This document shows positions 60,245-64,000 of a stretch of 64,000 nt of DNA, piece by piece; position 1 is the first letter of the stretch, and each line of letters begins with the position of its first letter. This DNA is from Flavobacteriales bacterium (GTDB taxonomy: Bacteria; Bacteroidota; Bacteroidia; Flavobacteriales; BACL11): contig CANNBA010000010.1 of NCBI GenBank assembly GCA_947502765.1, forward strand, positions 1,477 through 65,476, given 5' to 3'. A program made the position numbers and the translations under genes. Below the pieces are notes generated by a model. It was not told the origin of the DNA, ran no database searches, and saw nothing but the letters and a program-made list of their open reading frames with translations.

Positions 60245-61174
60245 ATGAAATTATACAACATAAAAGATAAAAAGTTACTTCCTGTTTTTTCTGATAATTT
60301 TAAGTTGGAAAAAGAAATTCAAGAATTAGTTGAAAACAATTTGAAAGAGTTGTTCAACCTTGAATTGGTAAAAACCGAATTCACTATTCGAAATTTCAGA
60401 ATAGACACATTGTGTTTTAATAAAGAAAACAAATCTTTTGAAATAATAGAATATAAAAGAGAAAGAAACTTTTCGGTAATAGACCAAGGTTACACATATC
60501 TTTCATTAATGTTAAATAATAAATCTGATTTCATTTTAGAGTATAATGAAAACAATAATGAGACATTGAAAAGAGATGATATTGATTGGACCCAGTCAAG
60601 AGTTAGGTTTATTTCACCTCACTTTACTGAATATCAAAAGAACTCAATTAATTTCAAAGATGTTCCTTTTGAACTATGGGAGATAAAAAAATACGATAAT
60701 AGTATGATTGGTTTAATTCAACATAAGACCTCATCAGAAGAAAGTATTTCAACAATTCAAACTGATACGGAGAATTTAGTTAGTTCGGTTACACGAGAAA
60801 TTAAAGTTTATTCCGAAGAATATCACTTCACTAAAAACAAGAAAAGAGATGAAAGGGTAATAGAACTATATAAATCAATAAAAGAACGAATAACAAATTT
60901 AGGTGACGATATTGATATTATTCCAAGAAAGGAATACGTTGGATTTAGAAGAAAAAGACCTTTCACTGATATAGTGTTTTATACTGAACATCTCCGAATT
61001 TTGATTAATATGAAGAAAGGTGAATTAGATGACCCTAAACATATTTGTAAAGATATGAGTGTTCAGGGACACTGGGGAAATGGAGATTATGAAATAAGAT
61101 TAACTCCCCAAGATGACCTTGAATATACAATGTTTCTCATTCACCAATCTTATAAAAAACAAGATAAAGTATGA
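60245..61174 (+). CDS. hypothetical protein: N-terminal PD-(D/E)XK-like nuclease motif plus C-terminal DUF5655-like region
   Basis: 309 aa. The order E24 ... RID54TL ... E69-Y-K71 (FEIIEYK) fits the D...(D/E)xK arrangement. The C-terminus YVGFRRKRPFTDIVFYTEHLRILI...GHWGNGDYEIRL...FLIHQSY resembles DUF5655. It lies 2 nt after the hsdM stop, and its own stop overlaps the hsdS start (ATGA). Confidence 0.6.
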   Translation: MKLYNIKDKKLLPVFSDNFKLEKEIQELVENNLKELFNLELVKTEFTIRNFRIDTLCFNKENKSFEIIEYKRERNFSVIDQGYTYLSLMLNNKSDFILEYNENNNETLKRDDIDWTQSRVRFISPHFTEYQKNSINFKDVPFELWEIKKYDNSMIGLIQHKTSSEESISTIQTDTENLVSSVTREIKVYSEEYHFTKNKKRDERVIELYKSIKERITNLGDDIDIIPRKEYVGFRRKRPFTDIVFYTEHLRILINMKKGELDDPKHICKDMSVQGHWGNGDYEIRLTPQDDLEYTMFLIHQSYKKQDKV

Positions 61175-62463
61175 GAAAGACCTATTCGAAATATAAGTCT
61201 TCGGGAGTTGAATGGATTGGTGAGATACCTGAAAATTGGGATTTTATTCGATTAAAACACGAATATAAAATCCAAAAAGGAAAAATACCTAAAATTATCT
61301 TTGAAGAACACAAAGAAGACCATGTTCCCTATCTATCAATGGATGTAATCAGAGGTTCTCAAACAATTGGTTATGTTCATAATGAAGATGGGGTTTATGT
61401 TTATAAAGGACAGGTCTTGATTTTATGGGACGGTTCTAATTCGGGAGAAATATTTAAGGTTGAAAAGGAAGGAATACTCTCTTCAACAATGGGTGTTTTA
61501 AACAAAATAGGAAACCAATTAAATGAAGATTTTTCATTTTATCAGTTAAAATCATTTGAACCTGAAATTAGAAATAACACCAATGGTATGGGAATTCCTC
61601 ATGTCGATGGTTCCTATGTTCGTAGTTTACCTCTATTTGTCCCCCCCCTTACCGAACAAGAACAGATTGTAAAATATTTAGACGAGAAGACTACACAGAT
61701 TGACAACCTAATATCTATAACAGAAGACAAAATAGACCTCTTAAAACAAAAGAGAACCTCACAGATTAATCAAGTTATAACAAAGGGTTTGAATAAAGAA
61801 GTTAAACTAAAAGATAGTGGGGTTGAATGGATTGGAAAAATACCTAATCATTGGGATAGAGTTTGTGTAAAAAGACTTGTATCAACAAAATTGTGTGATG
61901 GACCACATATTACCCCAAACTTTATTGACACTGGTGTTCCATTTATTTCTGTCGAAAGTATCAAAGATGATAAAATTGATTTTGATTTTTTAAGAGGATA
62001 TATTAGTAAGGAGGATGACATTGAATTTTCAAAAAAAACAAAACCTGAAAAAGATGATATTTTACTTGTTAAATCGGGTTCTACAACTGGTAAGGTTACA
62101 ATAGTTGAAACTGATATTGATTTTAATATATGGTCCCCTCTTTGTCTGATAAGAACAAAAAAAGAAAAAGTTTTACCAAGATTTGTTTTTTTATCTATGA
62201 AAAGTGATTTCTTTCAAATCACTATTCAACAATCTTGGAGTTTTGGAACTCAACCTAATATTGGAATGGGTGTTATTGAGAATTTATTCTTAGTAATTCC
62301 ACCAATTAAGGAACAGAAGGATATAATTAGTTTTATAGATAAAGAAAACAAAAAAATAGATAATTTGATTTCAATAGAAAAACGAAGAGTTGAAACATTA
62401 AAAGAATACAGACAAAGTTTGATTTCAGAAGTTATTACAGGTAAAATAAAAGTTATTGATTAA
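61171..62463 (+). CDS. hsdS: type I restriction-modification system specificity subunit (two TRDs)
   Basis: 430 aa with an internal duplication. SGVEWIGEIPENWD pairs with SGVEWIGKIPNHWD, and LTEQEQIVKYLDEKTTQIDNLIS pairs with IKEQKDIISFIDKENKKIDNLIS. Each half is a TRD followed by a conserved helix. Confidence 0.9.
   Translation: MRKTYSKYKSSGVEWIGEIPENWDFIRLKHEYKIQKGKIPKIIFEEHKEDHVPYLSMDVIRGSQTIGYVHNEDGVYVYKGQVLILWDGSNSGEIFKVEKEGILSSTMGVLNKIGNQLNEDFSFYQLKSFEPEIRNNTNGMGIPHVDGSYVRSLPLFVPPLTEQEQIVKYLDEKTTQIDNLISITEDKIDLLKQKRTSQINQVITKGLNKEVKLKDSGVEWIGKIPNHWDRVCVKRLVSTKLCDGPHITPNFIDTGVPFISVESIKDDKIDFDFLRGYISKEDDIEFSKKTKPEKDDILLVKSGSTTGKVTIVETDIDFNIWSPLCLIRTKKEKVLPRFVFLSMKSDFFQITIQQSWSFGTQPNIGMGVIENLFLVIPPIKEQKDIISFIDKENKKIDNLISIEKRRVETLKEYRQSLISEVITGKIKVID
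61641..61648 (+). repeat. C8 homopolymer inside hsdS, at the end of TRD1
   Basis: gtc ccc ccc ctt encodes V-P-P-L. This is the longest C/G run I noticed in this AT-rich window. Confidence 0.9.
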
Positions 62464-62466
62464 ATT

Positions 62467-63105
62467 ATGAATATTGATAAAGACTTATTGGAAAAGATGT
62501 TTCCAAATTCATCAAGTAAAAAAAACACCTCGTTAAAACTTCAAAAATATGAAGATTTGGTTGATTTTATTCACGACTATCATTCTGATAGAGTGAATTG
62601 GAAACTTCCTATTTCAATTATGGGATTGAACCTTGAACATATTCAAAAAAGAAATTGTTACATAACATTGATTTTTAATCCAACCAAAGAACAAGAACCA
62701 ATAATAGAGAAGATGAAAGATTTGTCTGAACACCAGGGTGGTCATTGGTTTGGTGTAAGAATTTTTACTTTCGAAATAGTAAAACAAATATTAAATGGTT
62801 TTGATAAAAATAAATGGGAAAAACTACCTATATCAATCCCAGTTATCAAATTGAGTGAATTGGAAAAGAAAGAGATTGAAACACTATTGGGAAAAGAGGG
62901 TGGTCCTCATTCAACGATAGAGTTTTTAATTAAAAATATTAATGAAGACAATAAAAATCTTATTGTATCTCAGATATATCACATTTTAGAAGTAAGAATG
63001 ACAAGTGTTAATAGTATTCATGAACTCTTATATTATAAGAATATCCGTATTGACTATGAATTAGTAAATAACAAAGAACATTATGACGATGAAAAGTCAA
63101 ATTAA
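62467..63105 (+). CDS. hypothetical protein (no recognisable motif) between hsdS and hsdR
   Basis: 212 aa. It starts 3 nt after the hsdS stop and ends 12 nt before the hsdR start. I saw no TM segment, P-loop or nuclease motif. Confidence 0.55.
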   Translation: MNIDKDLLEKMFPNSSSKKNTSLKLQKYEDLVDFIHDYHSDRVNWKLPISIMGLNLEHIQKRNCYITLIFNPTKEQEPIIEKMKDLSEHQGGHWFGVRIFTFEIVKQILNGFDKNKWEKLPISIPVIKLSELEKKEIETLLGKEGGPHSTIEFLIKNINEDNKNLIVSQIYHILEVRMTSVNSIHELLYYKNIRIDYELVNNKEHYDDEKSN

Positions 63106-63117
63106 ATAAATGAGAAA

Positions 63118-64000
63118 ATGAATTACACTGAAAAAAACTTAGAAGACCATATTGAAACAAACCTACATAAAGTTGGTTTCAAGTCTTTGTTATATACTGA
63201 GTATGACAGAGTGAATTGTGTAGTTTCCTCAGACCTAATTCAATTTATAAAAGAAACACAAATTGATGTTTATGAAAGATTATTTGAACAATATGGTTCA
63301 GATACTGACACCAAACTCATTTTAAGACTTAATAACGAGATTTCAAGTCGTGGGGTTATAGATGTTATCAGAAAAGGAATTAAAGACCGAGGTTGTCACT
63401 TTTCACTTGTTTATTTTGAACCAAAGAGTGGTCTTAATCCTGAACATCAAGAACTTTATCTAAAAAATAGAGTTACCCTAATTCGACAAGTTCATTATTC
63501 TTCTAAGAACCAAAACTCATTGGATATGGTTTTGTTCATCAATGGTCTTCCAATAATTACAATGGAATTGAAGAACCAACTGACTGGACAAACAATTTTA
63601 GATAGTGAAAAACAATACAGATACGATAGAGATCCAAATGAACCATTATTTCAATTCAAAAGGGTATTAGTTCATTTTTGTTGTGATAATGATAGAGTAT
63701 CTATGACAACAAGATTGATGGGTGGAAAAACAAAGTTTTTACCTTACAATAAAGGAATAGAAAATCCTATAAACCCAAGTGGTTTGAAGACATCTTATTT
63801 GTGGGAAGAGATACTTACAAAAGAAAGTTTATTAGATATACTTGAAAACTTTGTTCATGTTTCAGTTGAAACCGACAAAGACTTTGACCCTAAAATTGGT
63901 AAGGTAGTAGAAAAGAAAAAAGAACTCTTAGTTTTTCCAAGATACCACCAACTTGATGTAATCAGGAAATTAAGAATTGATGTTAAAACAAAAGGTGTTG
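63118..64000 (+). CDS. hsdR: type I restriction endonuclease subunit R, N-terminal ~294 codons (continues beyond window)
   Basis: Not in the track because it is open at the edge. Translation from ATG 63118 gives MNYTEKNLEDHIETNL...SLDMVLFINGLPIITMELKNQLTGQTI...FPRYHQLDVIRKL. This is the HsdR N-terminal PD-(D/E)XK nuclease region (D..ELK) leading into helicase motif Q. Confidence 0.85.
   Translation, partial: MNYTEKNLEDHIETNLHKVGFKSLLYTEYDRVNCVVSSDLIQFIKETQIDVYERLFEQYGSDTDTKLILRLNNEISSRGVIDVIRKGIKDRGCHFSLVYFEPKSGLNPEHQELYLKNRVTLIRQVHYSSKNQNSLDMVLFINGLPIITMELKNQLTGQTILDSEKQYRYDRDPNEPLFQFKRVLVHFCCDNDRVSMTTRLMGGKTKFLPYNKGIENPINPSGLKTSYLWEEILTKESLLDILENFVHVSVETDKDFDPKIGKVVEKKKELLVFPRYHQLDVIRKLRIDVKTKGV

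Larger units (their letters stand above)
56827..64000. mobile_element. putative genomic island / integrated element (left end only; continues beyond window)
   Basis: It begins where comM homology stops. It holds orphan small ORFs, an HUH-like ORF and a type I R-M operon. Spot counts on three 60-nt lines gave about 18% and 25% GC here, against about 32% in the core. No integrase is visible in the window. Confidence 0.45.

Noticed and set aside
1-64000. CRISPR arrays, rRNA genes, transposases, integrases, prophage structural genes
   Set aside because: I saw no regularly spaced direct repeats with unique spacers, no rRNA-like conserved stretches, and no ORF with DDE, tyrosine-recombinase or serine-recombinase motifs in the supplied translations.

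Overview
Low-GC Bacteroidota (Flavobacteriia-like) chromosomal window. The phylum call rests on TAnnTTTG -7 promoter motifs, many TonB-dependent receptors, a T9SS-type C-terminal sorting domain and DUF4290-murA linkage. Positions 1-56.3 kb are mostly housekeeping genes: hppA, etfBA, thyA/folA, tig-clpP-clpX, tRNA-Leu(UAG), ruvC, greA, ahcY, murA, grpE-dnaJ, alaS and secA. This part also contains a TPP riboswitch in front of a TonB-dependent receptor, a three-gene outer-membrane module (TBDR-like barrel, 1395-aa CTD-bearing protein, PorV/PorQ-like barrel), two decayed genes (an hldD-like epimerase and a small PKD protein), a DnaJ that lacks zinc centre I, and a Rieske-like lipoprotein with both His ligands replaced. 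The accessory part begins at about 56.82 kb, where a comM/yifB gene is cut down to its C-terminal ~160 codons. From there to the window edge lie small orphan ORFs, a 193-aa ORF with an HUH-like motif, and a tightly packed five-gene type I R-M operon: hsdM, a 309-aa PD-(D/E)XK-like ORF, hsdS, a 212-aa orphan ORF, then hsdR. The two passenger genes are the best candidates here for an undescribed defence add-on. hsdS also carries a C8 homopolymer that would truncate it after TRD1 on a 1-nt slip. No CRISPR array, rRNA, transposase or integrase was seen. All family calls come from motif reading of the supplied translations, not from database searches.
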